Source: Candidatus Uhrbacteria bacterium
GTDB lineage: Bacteria > Patescibacteriota > Patescibacteriia > UBA9934 > UBA10169
DNA: 64,000 nucleotides
Reading direction: 5' to 3'
NCBI GenBank assembly: GCA_016187485.1
Contig: JACPJO010000001.1
Coordinates: 6,195-70,194 of the forward strand
This document shows, one piece after another, positions 19,539-28,950 of the stretch. The translations under genes were made by a program, and so were the position numbers. The notes beneath the pieces are model-generated. The model searched no databases and was not told where the DNA came from. It saw only the letters and a program-made list of their open reading frames with translations. The stretch's first letter is position 1; each line of letters starts with the position of its first letter.

Positions 19539-20690
19539 ATGCATATTGGCATAGATGCTATTGCGGCAAATGAAGAACTCCGCACGGGTCCGGGTGTGTA
19601 TGCGTTTGAATTACTCCGCGCGATGATGGCAGCAACGGGGGGAGATCGCGTATCGCTGTATCTGAACAAACCATTAGTTCAGGCATGGGCAGATATTCCC
19701 CCGAACTGGCAGGCACGTGTGCTTCCGTGGAAATTGCCTGGGTGGGCGACGGTTCGTTTATCTTCTGAGCTTCTTTGGCATCCACCAGATGTTTTGTTTG
19801 CTCCCTCTTCTCGTTTGCCGCTCTGGACTCCTCGCGGAGGACTTCATAAAACTGCCGCAACGATTCAGGACATCGGCTTTATGCGCTTCCCAGAACTCTA
19901 TGAGCGCCGTGATCGACAGCGACAAAAAAGCGCTCTCCGCCGAGCTCTGCGTCGTGCAGATCTACTTCTGACAATTTCTGCGTTCACAAAGCAAGAGCTT
20001 GTGGAGCTGTTTAGGGTCCCGGCGGAAAAGATTGTCGTGATTCCTCTTGCTGTCTCGCCGCGCTTTACGCCAGACCCGGCAGAAGCGATCGAGCGGATGC
20101 GTGTTAAAGCACGCATAAGCCAGCACTATCTGCTGTGTGTAAGCCGGCTTGATCGAAAGAAAAACATCGAAACGCTTATCCGCGGATTTGAAATTTTTAA
20201 AAGCCAGCGTGGATTTGGAGACCCGCATGAACTGGTCATCGTGGGGCCGGATGGATTTGGAGCGAAAGACATCCGCGCACGCATTGCGACGTCCTCTATT
20301 CGTTCGTCTATTCATCTTCTCGGTGGCGTGTCGGAAGAAGAAAAGGTTGCTCTCTACAGCGGTGCGCTTGGGTATGTGAATATCTCATGGTATGAAGGAT
20401 TCGGTCTCACGCCGCTTGAAGCTGCCGCCTGTGGGACGGCCGCTCTTCTCTCGGACATCCCTGCGCATCGCGAGGTCATGGGGGACGGGGCGTTGTATGC
20501 CAACCCGCGTGATCCGGAAGTGTTTGCACTCGCACTCAAACACTTTGCCGAAGAGCCAACACGTCGCGAGGCTGTCTTGGCTCGTGCGCGTGAACGTCTT
20601 ATATTGTATTCGTGGGAGAGGACAGCGGCACTCACATGGGAGGCTCTCCGCGGCGTTGTGGCTCCAAAAAATCTTTTTCACACATTCTAA
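19539..20690 (+). CDS. GT4 glycosyltransferase
   Basis: SWYEGFGLTPLEAAACG, YSWERTA. Confidence 0.92.
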   Translation: MHIGIDAIAANEELRTGPGVYAFELLRAMMAATGGDRVSLYLNKPLVQAWADIPPNWQARVLPWKLPGWATVRLSSELLWHPPDVLFAPSSRLPLWTPRGGLHKTAATIQDIGFMRFPELYERRDRQRQKSALRRALRRADLLLTISAFTKQELVELFRVPAEKIVVIPLAVSPRFTPDPAEAIERMRVKARISQHYLLCVSRLDRKKNIETLIRGFEIFKSQRGFGDPHELVIVGPDGFGAKDIRARIATSSIRSSIHLLGGVSEEEKVALYSGALGYVNISWYEGFGLTPLEAAACGTAALLSDIPAHREVMGDGALYANPRDPEVFALALKHFAEEPTRREAVLARARERLILYSWERTAALTWEALRGVVAPKNLFHTF

Positions 20691-20693
20691 AAT

Positions 20694-21533
20694 ATGTCCG
20701 AGGAGCTTACGGATATTCTGGTAGAGTCAGGACTAAGTCCGAAAGAGGCGGCTATCTATCTTGCGGCGTGCGAACTTGGTCCCGCGGGTGTGCAAGAAAT
20801 TGCGAACAAGTCTGGTATCCAGCGCACGACAGTCTATGTCTGTCTTGAGACGCTGGAGAAAGAGGGGTTTATCTCTGGCGCAGAGGCAGCCGGCCGCAAA
20901 GTGTTTGTTGCTGCTCCGCCGGACCACGTGCTCTCTACAGTGAGAGCAAAACGCGAGGCGATTGTGCAGAAGGAGGAGAAACTTGCCTCTGCGCTGCCGC
21001 GTCTTACTGCTCTTTACAACGTGGAGGGACAAAAGCCGCAAGTTCTATTCATGGAGGGGCAGGAGGGACTCATGAGCCAGTTGGATGTTTTTGAAAAACT
21101 TGTCGGGCCCTTTATCCAGATCACCAATATTGACGACGCGGCAGAGGCGTTTAAGGGTCGAGAACAACGCCGCAAGGAGCATAAACAGCAATTGAAAGAG
21201 CAGGAAGTGGGCGGACGGACGCTGGTTGTTACGTCTAAGTCTCTTGAAGAACTACAGCTTCTTCCCATGCCCGTGGATCTGCGCTTTCTCCCGTTTGAAA
21301 ATTTTCCGATTCATGGAGAGGTGACGGTACGAGAGGACACGATTCTCCTCTATTCATTCCGCGGACAGACGTTCGTGACGATCATACGGAGTAAGACGAT
21401 GGCGGACACGTTGCGGAGTGTCTTCGAACTTGCGTGGAGCGGTGCGCGTATATATCCAGGCCTCTCTTCTCAAGAGCGTCTGGCTGGCTTTACTAAACCT
21501 CTCTCCGACCAAACTTTCCCAAAACAAAACTAA
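20694..21533 (+). CDS. TrmB-family HTH transcriptional regulator
   Basis: GLSPKEAAIYLAACELG...IANKSGIQRTTVYVCLETL; FMEGQEG. Confidence 0.88.
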   Translation: MSEELTDILVESGLSPKEAAIYLAACELGPAGVQEIANKSGIQRTTVYVCLETLEKEGFISGAEAAGRKVFVAAPPDHVLSTVRAKREAIVQKEEKLASALPRLTALYNVEGQKPQVLFMEGQEGLMSQLDVFEKLVGPFIQITNIDDAAEAFKGREQRRKEHKQQLKEQEVGGRTLVVTSKSLEELQLLPMPVDLRFLPFENFPIHGEVTVREDTILLYSFRGQTFVTIIRSKTMADTLRSVFELAWSGARIYPGLSSQERLAGFTKPLSDQTFPKQN

Positions 21534-21560
21534 GTTTCGTTGTCGAAACTTAGTGTTGTT
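21523..21560. terminator. Inverted repeat / terminator at end of TrmB gene
   Basis: ACTAAGTTTCG-TTGT-CGAAACTTAGT. Confidence 0.65.
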
Positions 21561-21691
21561 TAGTTTTGTCGTTTAAGGGGTGGGAGATCCGGCTCCTGTG
21601 GTCGAGCAGCGCTCGGCCACACGAGGGGGTCCTGAAGAAGAGTGTGCTTCAGGTCACGAACGGAGGGAGAAGGAACGGGGCGCCTGGGTGC

Positions 21692-22483
21692 CTAGTGAAG
21701 GACGAGGCTCGTCACCAGGTGGTCGAGCCCGATGGGCTGACGGTCGGGGTCGGACGCGACGGGGGCCACGGCGGCCTCGGGCTTCTTGTGCCCGTGCCGA
21801 CGGTTCCGGCGGCGGCCGTTGTTCTCGTCCTGCGCGACCGGGGACGCGGACTCGGCGGTCTTGGTGACCATCGGGGCCATACCCTTGACGGTCGCTTCGG
21901 TCTCGCTCTTGTCGGCGAGGAAAATCTCGAGGCGCCGGTCGGTCTCCTCCACCCACTGCGCGTTCTCGCGGCACGGATTTTCCCGCAGCGCTCGGAGCGC
22001 GTCCCGCTTGCGGCTGCGCAGCAGGGCCTCCATGTTCTCGAACGAGCGGCCGAAGACCTGCTCGAGGGACTCGCCGTCGCGGGCCACCCGCGTGCAGTAG
22101 GTGATGCGCAGCTGCTCCATGCGGTCGTCGCCGGCCGCGGCGATCTTCTCCTCGACGATCTTCTTGCGGTGCGCCTCGCTCTCGAGCCGCTCGGCGGCCG
22201 CCTTGATCTCGGCGTCCACCTGCGCGTGCTCCTCCGCGACGCGCTCGCAGAGCCGCGCCGCGAGCGAGGGGTTCACCTGGCGGAAGTGCTCGATGCTCTC
22301 GTTGAGGATCTGAAGCGGCGACCAGGTCGTCATCTCGGCGCCGCCGCCGTTGGCCGCCGCGAACCGCCGGAGCAGCCCTTCGATCCTCGTCATGTGCAGC
22401 GAGTCGCTGCACATGACGAGCTTGCGGGCGGTCTCGGCGAGCTCGCGGAACGAGGGCCGGGGGGAACGGGTGCTGTCGGACAT
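21692..22483 (-). CDS. Hypothetical helical protein (GC-rich, SD-led class)
   Basis: Strong GC3 bias in this frame; GGAG-N6-ATG at 22483. Confidence 0.7.
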   Translation of the reverse strand: MSDSTRSPRPSFRELAETARKLVMCSDSLHMTRIEGLLRRFAAANGGGAEMTTWSPLQILNESIEHFRQVNPSLAARLCERVAEEHAQVDAEIKAAAERLESEAHRKKIVEEKIAAAGDDRMEQLRITYCTRVARDGESLEQVFGRSFENMEALLRSRKRDALRALRENPCRENAQWVEETDRRLEIFLADKSETEATVKGMAPMVTKTAESASPVAQDENNGRRRNRRHGHKKPEAAVAPVASDPDRQPIGLDHLVTSLVLH

Positions 22484-22520
22484 GTTCGTCTCCAGTGTGG
22501 CGCATCCGCGTGGGATGAAC

Positions 22521-22731
22521 GCCGGGGGTTTGGGGTTCCTCACACCATTCTTAGGGGGTTGAGGGGTCCAGTGACATGCCGAAGCAGTATGGACCCATGA
22601 AACCCGGGCATGTGCATCAAGCGAGAAATCCCGGTTGAAGCACTTGGGTTTCACACCTCTCGTTCTGTCATATGGCAGTTCGGGAGGTGGGCTCTCTCTC
22701 CTCCTAAGAATGGTGGGAGGAACAATCTGGC
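22521..22731 (+). other. Long rod-like imperfect inverted repeat (candidate ncRNA or foldback element)
   Basis: 22535-22558 pairs with 22700-22723; nested stems continue to an apex near 22626. Confidence 0.6.
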
Positions 22732-22826
22732 CTGTGAGCGCGAGTGGGGACTCACGCGCACGGGGGGATTGGGGCCGGCGCAAGGTTTTCACCATGGGGC
22801 CCCGAGAAAGAAACTGATGGAAGGAA

Positions 22827-24110
22827 CTACTCGTCACGCAGCGCGCGGGGAGCGGCGCGGCGCGGACCCGGGGCGTTGCGCTTGGCAAGCGCTGCCTCGA
22901 TCTCGCGCTTCATCTCTTCGTCGACCGTGGGCGTGGGGGTGGGCTCTGCCACGGGGGTGCCGGCGGCGCGGCGGGCGGCGGCGCGGCGGGCGATGTCACC
23001 CATGACCGTGCTGCCGGCACTCGCACTCCGGTGGGCTTCCGAGTGCTCCCGCCGCTCCCGCACGAACTCACTCAACGCGTTCTTGGCGTCGAGCATGTCC
23101 ATGTGTGCGTTGGGGTGGCGGCTCTCGGTGTAGTGACGGATCCGACTTTCGAGGATCCGCTCCACGTCCCGCGGTTGGTAGCCGCGGATGCGGTCGAGGC
23201 TGTCCTCGGTCCGTCCGACCGCGACCTGCCACTTGCGCAGCCAGCCCCACAGGGGGTCCTGGTCGGCGCCGTCCACGTACGTCGTCCTCTCTTCTTCGCG
23301 TCCACGCTGCTCGGCCTTCTGCGCCCGTCGCTCTTCGCGTGCCTTGTTCCTGCGCTTCGTGTCCTCACCGAGGGCCTTCATGGCCTCCTCTTCGAGGTTG
23401 TTGAGGCAGGACCAGTCGCCGTTGCCGCTCACGACCTGCCGGGTCATGGTCTCCGCGATGGCCCAGTAGAGCTGGAGGGTGGAGACTTGCGCGGTCGGGG
23501 CGCCAATCCAGATCGGACGGCCGTCGCCGGCGTCCGTCTGCATGGCGGCCTCGAGGAGGAGCGTGCGAAGCGCGTTGCGGAGCTCGGGGTGCCGCTTTCG
23601 CAGCTCCACGATCCGGCGTGTCCTCCAGCCGCTCGTGATGCGGTGGTTCTTCCACCACGCCACGGGCTGGAGTGACGCCAGTCGCTCGCGCGGATCCTCA
23701 TCCGCCAGGGGCGGGTATTTCGTCTCCCACCACTGCGGCTGGTCCTCCGTCGGCTGGTCGTTGTGGGGGTCCACGGGGGTGAAGATGACGCGCGTGCCCT
23801 TGCAGGACGCTCGGCCCGTCACCTTCGTGCCCTCCACGCGCTCGCTCTGGATGGACTCGCCGACCTTGATTGCGACCTTCTCCTCGTAGTACGAGCTGGC
23901 CGCCAGCCATTCCTCGAAGCCCTGACGTTCGAGGAGGAGGGCTGCGGTTGGCCCGCTGCCCACTCCGCGGTCGGTGTCCCACGACTCCTCGTTGGGGTGG
24001 CAGACGATGTTCGCCACGCCACGGGTCAGGGGACGGATCTCTTCCCACCCCTGCTTCTCGCTGGCCGTCTGTGGCACGTTGCCGCGCCGGGAACTGCTGG
24101 TGCGTCCCAT
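22827..24110 (-). CDS. Hypothetical protein (GC-rich, SD-led class)
   Basis: 427 aa, GC3-biased, AGGAGG before ATG, upstream promoter. Confidence 0.75.
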   Translation of the reverse strand: MGRTSSSRRGNVPQTASEKQGWEEIRPLTRGVANIVCHPNEESWDTDRGVGSGPTAALLLERQGFEEWLAASSYYEEKVAIKVGESIQSERVEGTKVTGRASCKGTRVIFTPVDPHNDQPTEDQPQWWETKYPPLADEDPRERLASLQPVAWWKNHRITSGWRTRRIVELRKRHPELRNALRTLLLEAAMQTDAGDGRPIWIGAPTAQVSTLQLYWAIAETMTRQVVSGNGDWSCLNNLEEEAMKALGEDTKRRNKAREERRAQKAEQRGREEERTTYVDGADQDPLWGWLRKWQVAVGRTEDSLDRIRGYQPRDVERILESRIRHYTESRHPNAHMDMLDAKNALSEFVRERREHSEAHRSASAGSTVMGDIARRAAARRAAGTPVAEPTPTPTVDEEMKREIEAALAKRNAPGPRRAAPRALRDE

Positions 24111-24347
24111 GGTCTCTAGCCTCCTGCGATGTTATCGCATGGTTCCGACTTTTTCCGCTTGGGACCATTCCCGCACGGAACAACTCGGTTGTTGTCGAAG
24201 ATCTTCGGCTTCTTTACTTTAACAAAAAAAGCCGTCCTTTGGGGAGAAACACTTTATCCTCAAAAGACGAATTTTTATTTTTTTGATGACGCGGGCTTCC
24301 CCAAGCTCTCGTCAGACCCCCAATTGGAAGGATCAAACTAACGGCGA

Positions 24348-24376
24348 AATGTATCACTTTTTGGGGCTTTTGTCAA
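24348..24376 (-). promoter_or_regulatory. Sigma70-like promoter giving a ~230-nt leader
   Basis: TTGACA-17nt-TACATT with extended TG. Confidence 0.65.
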
Positions 24377-24459
24377 TGGCCGACCTTCATCAATTCGCTT
24401 AAATAAGCCAACTTTTCTTTGTCACTAAGAGATCACTTAGTGATCACTAAGAGAGAATT

Positions 24460-24490
24460 TAAACAAAACAACCCAGATCGGGTTGTTTTG
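24460..24490 (-). terminator. Intrinsic terminator
   Basis: CAAAACAACCC-N5-GGGTTGTTTTG followed by TTT on the minus strand. Confidence 0.7.
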
Positions 24491-24559
24491 CCCCCGCAGG
24501 AGGTCTCGGAGAGATCTTCTGTGGGGGGTGCGGCAGAGTGAGCCGCGAGAAGGGGTGGG

Positions 24560-25003
24560 CTAGTGCCCGTGGCCGCCGCCAGCAGCGGGGCCGTGATTGG
24601 CGTCGTGGTTGTCGTGACCGTGTCCCGTGCCGTGACGGGCAGCCTGCAGAGCACGCGCGCCTGCGCCGTGCACACGGCCCGCACGGCGCATGGCCTGCGC
24701 AGTGAGCACGGCACCCACGATGCCGAGGATACCGATCACCCACACCCACCAGTGCCATCCCACCAGTACGGTGAGGGCGTAGGCGACGAGCACGGGGTGG
24801 GCACTACGGTCGAGCCCGCGGGCGATGCCCTCTGCGTGCAGAGCGCTCGCGAGCCACCGGGCGATGGCGCCCGGGATCGCCCAATGCGCCCAAGCGAACG
24901 AGCACCATCCGAGCCACAGCATCTTGTTCGTGTGGCTGTACTCGAGGATGTCGAAGCCAGCCATCCAGAAACCCGCGTACCAATACCAGAGCGTGAGCAT
25001 CAC
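24560..25003 (-). CDS. Hypothetical membrane protein with His/Gly-rich tail (GC-rich class)
   Basis: Trp-rich TM segments; tail HGTGHGHDNHDANH; promoter TTGACA-17-TATTCT; GGAG upstream. Confidence 0.65.
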   Translation of the reverse strand: MMLTLWYWYAGFWMAGFDILEYSHTNKMLWLGWCSFAWAHWAIPGAIARWLASALHAEGIARGLDRSAHPVLVAYALTVLVGWHWWVWVIGILGIVGAVLTAQAMRRAGRVHGAGARALQAARHGTGHGHDNHDANHGPAAGGGHGH

Positions 25004-25122
25004 GTGATCTTTCTCCGACGCATGGTCGGCGTTGGGGGTTATCGACACAAGGATCTAAACGCCGGAGAATACTAAAAAAACGGCTTTTTGTCAAGTCAAA
25101 GTCGTGCTATAATCCCCGCACT

Positions 25123-26010
25123 ATGGATGAAATTGTTGGCCATTCACAAGCCTGTTCTTTTTTTGATCGTGCTATTTCTGCGGCAAAACTACATCATGCC
25201 TATGCCGTGTTTGGGCCGGATCATGTGGGGAAAACGGTGCTTATTGAGCGGGTGATTGGCCAGATCCTTCACACGCCGTCCGATCACTTGGACGCACACC
25301 CGGACTTTGTGCGGGTCCGTCGAGGAGTGGATGAGAAAACAGGGAAAGAGCGAACGGACATTGTGGTGGGTCAGATCCACGCTCTGCAGAGTGCCCTTGC
25401 GACACGCCCTGTTCTTGCGCCCCATCGTGTCGCGTTTATCGAGGAAGCGGCTCTCCTTAATAAGACAGGCGCGAATGCGCTCCTGAAAACGCTCGAGGAG
25501 CCGATGTCTCGTGTGGTGATTTTTTTGCGTACAACGCATGAAAGCGATCTCCCTAAGACGATTCTCTCTCGCGTGCAGCGCGTCCGGCTTTCACTGGTTT
25601 CCGCAGAAGCCATTGCAAGCATGCTTGTGCGTCTTGGCGCGTCGAAAAAAGAAGCACAAGAGTTTGCCGGTGCGTCTCATGGGTGTCCCGGTCTCGCGCG
25701 CACGCTTCTTCTGCATCCGGCCGATCACGAAGCGCGCGCCCGCGATCGTGCGCAGTTTGAGGAAGTGCTTGCTTTGCCGCTTGCCGGCCGGTCGCTCTAT
25801 TTATCGCGCGCTCTTCCAAAGGGCCAGCCTCGGGCAAAGGCCCTGGAGCTTGTGGAACTTTGGGAAGATGTGCTCCGCGCGCGCTGGCACGCAAGCGGAT
25901 TTGGCGCGCCGCAAACGGCTGTGCTCCAACGCCTCTTTCAAACGCGCGAAGCTCTACAGAGAAACGCGCCGCCTGTTCTTGCTCTTGAACACACTCTTTT
26001 TTTCGTATGA
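25123..26010 (+). CDS. holB: DNA polymerase III delta' subunit
   Basis: IVGH, HAYAVFGPDHVGK, HPDF, ANALLKTLEEP, TILSR. Confidence 0.92.
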   Translation: MDEIVGHSQACSFFDRAISAAKLHHAYAVFGPDHVGKTVLIERVIGQILHTPSDHLDAHPDFVRVRRGVDEKTGKERTDIVVGQIHALQSALATRPVLAPHRVAFIEEAALLNKTGANALLKTLEEPMSRVVIFLRTTHESDLPKTILSRVQRVRLSLVSAEAIASMLVRLGASKKEAQEFAGASHGCPGLARTLLLHPADHEARARDRAQFEEVLALPLAGRSLYLSRALPKGQPRAKALELVELWEDVLRARWHASGFGAPQTAVLQRLFQTREALQRNAPPVLALEHTLFFV

Positions 26011-27062
26011 CTATGCGTAAACTTTTTTTTGGCGTCGGCCTTATTGTACTGTTAGCCGGCATCGGCTGTTCGCGCGGCGGGGCGCGAGGGGCAGATGGTG
26101 GCGTCTTTAAATCGAGCGACGCAGGTGCCTCGTGGTCACAGGCCGTTGCGGTGCTCTCTGCGCGCGGCGTTGGCTCGGCGGCCGGAGCGAATATTCTCTC
26201 GCTTGTCGCGGATCCGTCCGACCCCTTTACCCTCTATGCAGGAACAGAAGGGCAGGGGCTTATCTTTTCGTATGACGGCGCGGCCAGCTGGCAACAACCT
26301 CGTGAGGGAGTGCTCCGCACGGGGGCTGTTACTGCCGTGGCCGTGGATCCTACGGAAAAGTGCCGCGTGTATGTAGCCAAGAGCGATCGTATTTTCCGCA
26401 CGGATGATTGCAACCGAACATTTGGTGAGGAGATTTATGTGGAAGGAAAGGCCGGAGTTTTTGTAACGGGCCTTGCGGTGGATTGGTTTTCGGGCGAGTC
26501 CGTGTATGCGGCGCTCTCCGACGGCCGCCTTTTGAAAACGAGCGACTACGGCGCGAATTGGACAACGGTCTTCCGCGGACGGCAAGCGATTACGCGCTTG
26601 CTTATAAGCAATCTCGATAGCCGCGTTGTCGTTCTGGGCATGTTGGGCGGGGGATTTGCGCGCTCGACTGACGGCGGATTGACATGGGCGCCGATTCTTG
26701 ATCAACTGAAGCCCTATCGGGATGCGAATCGCGTCTTTGGCCTGGTGCAGGATGCACAGGGCGAGCGCATGATGGCCGCAACAGGCTATGGTGTTCTGAC
26801 ATCGGAGGACCAGGGGGATAGCTGGCGGCCGCTCAAGCTCTTGTCGGCGCCGGGCGAGGTGATGGTGAATGCTGTGGGGATTGATCCGGCAGAGAAGGAC
26901 CACATGCTCTACGCGGTCGGCAATGCACTCTACGAAACGCGCGATGCGGGGGAGCACTGGGCGGTGCAAAAACTTGCGACGTCCCGACTGATCCGCACGA
27001 TTCTTTTTGACTCATCCAACTCCGAGACGATTTACATTGGCATGCGCGCTGTTCAACAATAA
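26007..27062 (+). CDS. BNR/Asp-box beta-propeller lipoprotein (YCF48/sortilin-like)
   Basis: Lipobox-like LAGIGC; repeated SxDxGxxW. Confidence 0.85.
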   Translation: MTMRKLFFGVGLIVLLAGIGCSRGGARGADGGVFKSSDAGASWSQAVAVLSARGVGSAAGANILSLVADPSDPFTLYAGTEGQGLIFSYDGAASWQQPREGVLRTGAVTAVAVDPTEKCRVYVAKSDRIFRTDDCNRTFGEEIYVEGKAGVFVTGLAVDWFSGESVYAALSDGRLLKTSDYGANWTTVFRGRQAITRLLISNLDSRVVVLGMLGGGFARSTDGGLTWAPILDQLKPYRDANRVFGLVQDAQGERMMAATGYGVLTSEDQGDSWRPLKLLSAPGEVMVNAVGIDPAEKDHMLYAVGNALYETRDAGEHWAVQKLATSRLIRTILFDSSNSETIYIGMRAVQQ

Positions 27063-27067
27063 AATGT

Positions 27068-27622
27068 ATGCATCAATTTCTTGTAGGAAAAAAAAGCGGG
27101 TTCGAGGACGCCATAGCGCATCTGCGCGATGAAATGGCCGGGCTTCGGACAGGACGCGCGCATCCGGGGCTGGTCGAGCATGTGGTGGTGGAGGCGTACG
27201 GCACGCAGTCGCCACTGAAGGCGCTTGCGATGGTGAGCATTCCCGAATCGCGCACTCTGCAGATTGAGGCATGGGATGCGGGTATTGTGAAAGACATCGA
27301 GCGCGCACTTTCTGCAGCCGACCTTGGCGCGTCGCCGCACATGGATGGGAAAATTATCCGACTTGTTCTTCCAACGATGACGGAGGAAACGCGCAAGAAG
27401 ATGGTAAGGCTCATGAAAGAAAAGGTGGAATCGGCGCGCGTGTCGCTCCGCCAATCGCGGGAAGACATCCGTAAAGAAGTTTCGGCAATGGAGAAAGACA
27501 AAAAAATATCGGAAGATGAACGGTTTAAAATATTCGATGAGCTCGACCGTATGACGAAGGAATTTACCGATATGGTGGAAAAAATCAGCGAGGAAAAGGA
27601 ACGGGAGATCATGACGGTCTAA
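27068..27622 (+). CDS. frr: Ribosome recycling factor
   Basis: LRTGRAHP, VEAYG, TEETRKKMV, KEREIMTV. Confidence 0.97.
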   Translation: MHQFLVGKKSGFEDAIAHLRDEMAGLRTGRAHPGLVEHVVVEAYGTQSPLKALAMVSIPESRTLQIEAWDAGIVKDIERALSAADLGASPHMDGKIIRLVLPTMTEETRKKMVRLMKEKVESARVSLRQSREDIRKEVSAMEKDKKISEDERFKIFDELDRMTKEFTDMVEKISEEKEREIMTV

Positions 27623-27624
27623 CT

Positions 27625-28950
27625 ATGGCATCTGTTTCGATGGAGACATTGGTACATTTGGCCAAGAGCCGCGGGTTTGTTTTTCCCGGCTCCGAGATTT
27701 ATGGGGGGCTTGCGAATAGCTGGGACTACGGTCCGCTCGGGGTTGCACTCAAAAAAAATATCGTGGACGCGTGGTGGAAACGGTTTGTGACGTCACGCCG
27801 CGATATGGTGGGGATTGATGCCGCCGTTATCATGAATCCAAAAGTGTGGGAGGCGTCGGGACACCTGGCGGAGTTTACAGACCCGCTGGTGGAGTGCAAG
27901 AAGTGCCATACGCGTTTTCGCGCGGACCAAATCGATACGGCCGCCGCGTGCGCGCATTGCGGCACGAAAGGAGAATTTACCGAGTCCAAGAATTTCAATT
28001 TGATGTTCAAAACGTTTCTCGGCTCTACCGATGACGACGCGGCAGTGGCGTATCTGCGCGGCGAGCTGGCGCAGGCGATGTTTGTAGATTTTCCCTCTGT
28101 GGTGCAGATGTCTCGCAAGCGCGTGCCCTTTGGCATTGCGCAAATAGGGAAGTGCTTCCGAAATGAGATTACGCCGGGAAATTTCATTTTCCGCATGCGC
28201 GAATTCAATTTAATGGAGTTTGAGTATTTTGTGCATCCGTCCGAATGGGAGAAGTCTTTTGCCTATTGGCTTAGCGAAATGAAGGCGTGGCTTGGATTTC
28301 TCGGCGTTAAAGAGGAGCATCTTGTGTTTCACGAGATTCCCGACGGCGAACGTGCCCACTACTCCATGCGTACAGTGGACATTGAGTATCAGTACCCGTT
28401 TGGCGTGAAGGAGTTGTACGGTCTTGCCTACCGCACAGACTTTGATTTGAAAAACCACATGGAGAAATCGGGAAAAGATCTACGTTATACCGATCCCGTG
28501 AGTGGCGAAAAATATTTGCCGCATGTGATTGAGCCTACTTTTGGTATTGACCGTACGGTTCTTGTCACTATGCTTGAGGCGTATCACGAAGAAGAGGCGC
28601 CGACCGCCGAGGAAGGGGAGTCTGCCACGCGCGTCGTGCTCAAATTTCCCAAGTCGCTTGCGCCGTTTAAGGTAGCCGTGCTTCCGCTTTCCAAAAAAGA
28701 AGAGCTCTCGGTTGTCTCTAAAGGTGTTCTCGATCTCCTGACCCCGTATTTTGCTTGTGACTATGACGAGACGCAGTCCATCGGACGACGCTATCGCCGG
28801 CAAGACGAGATCGGCACGCCCTATTGCGTGACGGTGGATTTTGACTCGTTAAACGACCATGCTGTCACGGTGCGCGACCGTGACTCCATGAAGCAAGAGC
28901 GTGTCCCCATCACGGACCTTGTAACGTATCTCACCCCGCTTCTTGTATGA
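27625..28950 (+). CDS. glyQS: Glycine--tRNA ligase (alpha2 type)
   Basis: IYGGLANSWDYGPLG, FRNEITPGNFIFRMREF, SIGRRYRRQDEIGTP. Confidence 0.97.
   Translation: MASVSMETLVHLAKSRGFVFPGSEIYGGLANSWDYGPLGVALKKNIVDAWWKRFVTSRRDMVGIDAAVIMNPKVWEASGHLAEFTDPLVECKKCHTRFRADQIDTAAACAHCGTKGEFTESKNFNLMFKTFLGSTDDDAAVAYLRGELAQAMFVDFPSVVQMSRKRVPFGIAQIGKCFRNEITPGNFIFRMREFNLMEFEYFVHPSEWEKSFAYWLSEMKAWLGFLGVKEEHLVFHEIPDGERAHYSMRTVDIEYQYPFGVKELYGLAYRTDFDLKNHMEKSGKDLRYTDPVSGEKYLPHVIEPTFGIDRTVLVTMLEAYHEEEAPTAEEGESATRVVLKFPKSLAPFKVAVLPLSKKEELSVVSKGVLDLLTPYFACDYDETQSIGRRYRRQDEIGTPYCVTVDFDSLNDHAVTVRDRDSMKQERVPITDLVTYLTPLLV

Noticed and set aside
21566-22600. Long + strand ORFs (344 aa and others) over GC-rich genes, also at 32837, 41204 and 53557
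   Set aside because: Antisense shadows caused by GC3 bias; the opposite frame has SD, promoter and a protein-like sequence.
22521-22731. Integron attC site / cassette array
   Set aside because: No RYYYAAC...GTTRRRY ends, too long for attC, and no integrase in the window.
22484-22888. N-terminal extensions in the ORF track (e.g. 21692..22888, 54652..55647, 9151..11430, 60556..62415)
   Set aside because: They overlap other genes or structured intergenic DNA; downstream starts have better signals.
27625-28950. Eukaryote-like GlyRS and archaeal-type PyrH as recent HGT
   Set aside because: Both are usual in CPR and have core-like composition.
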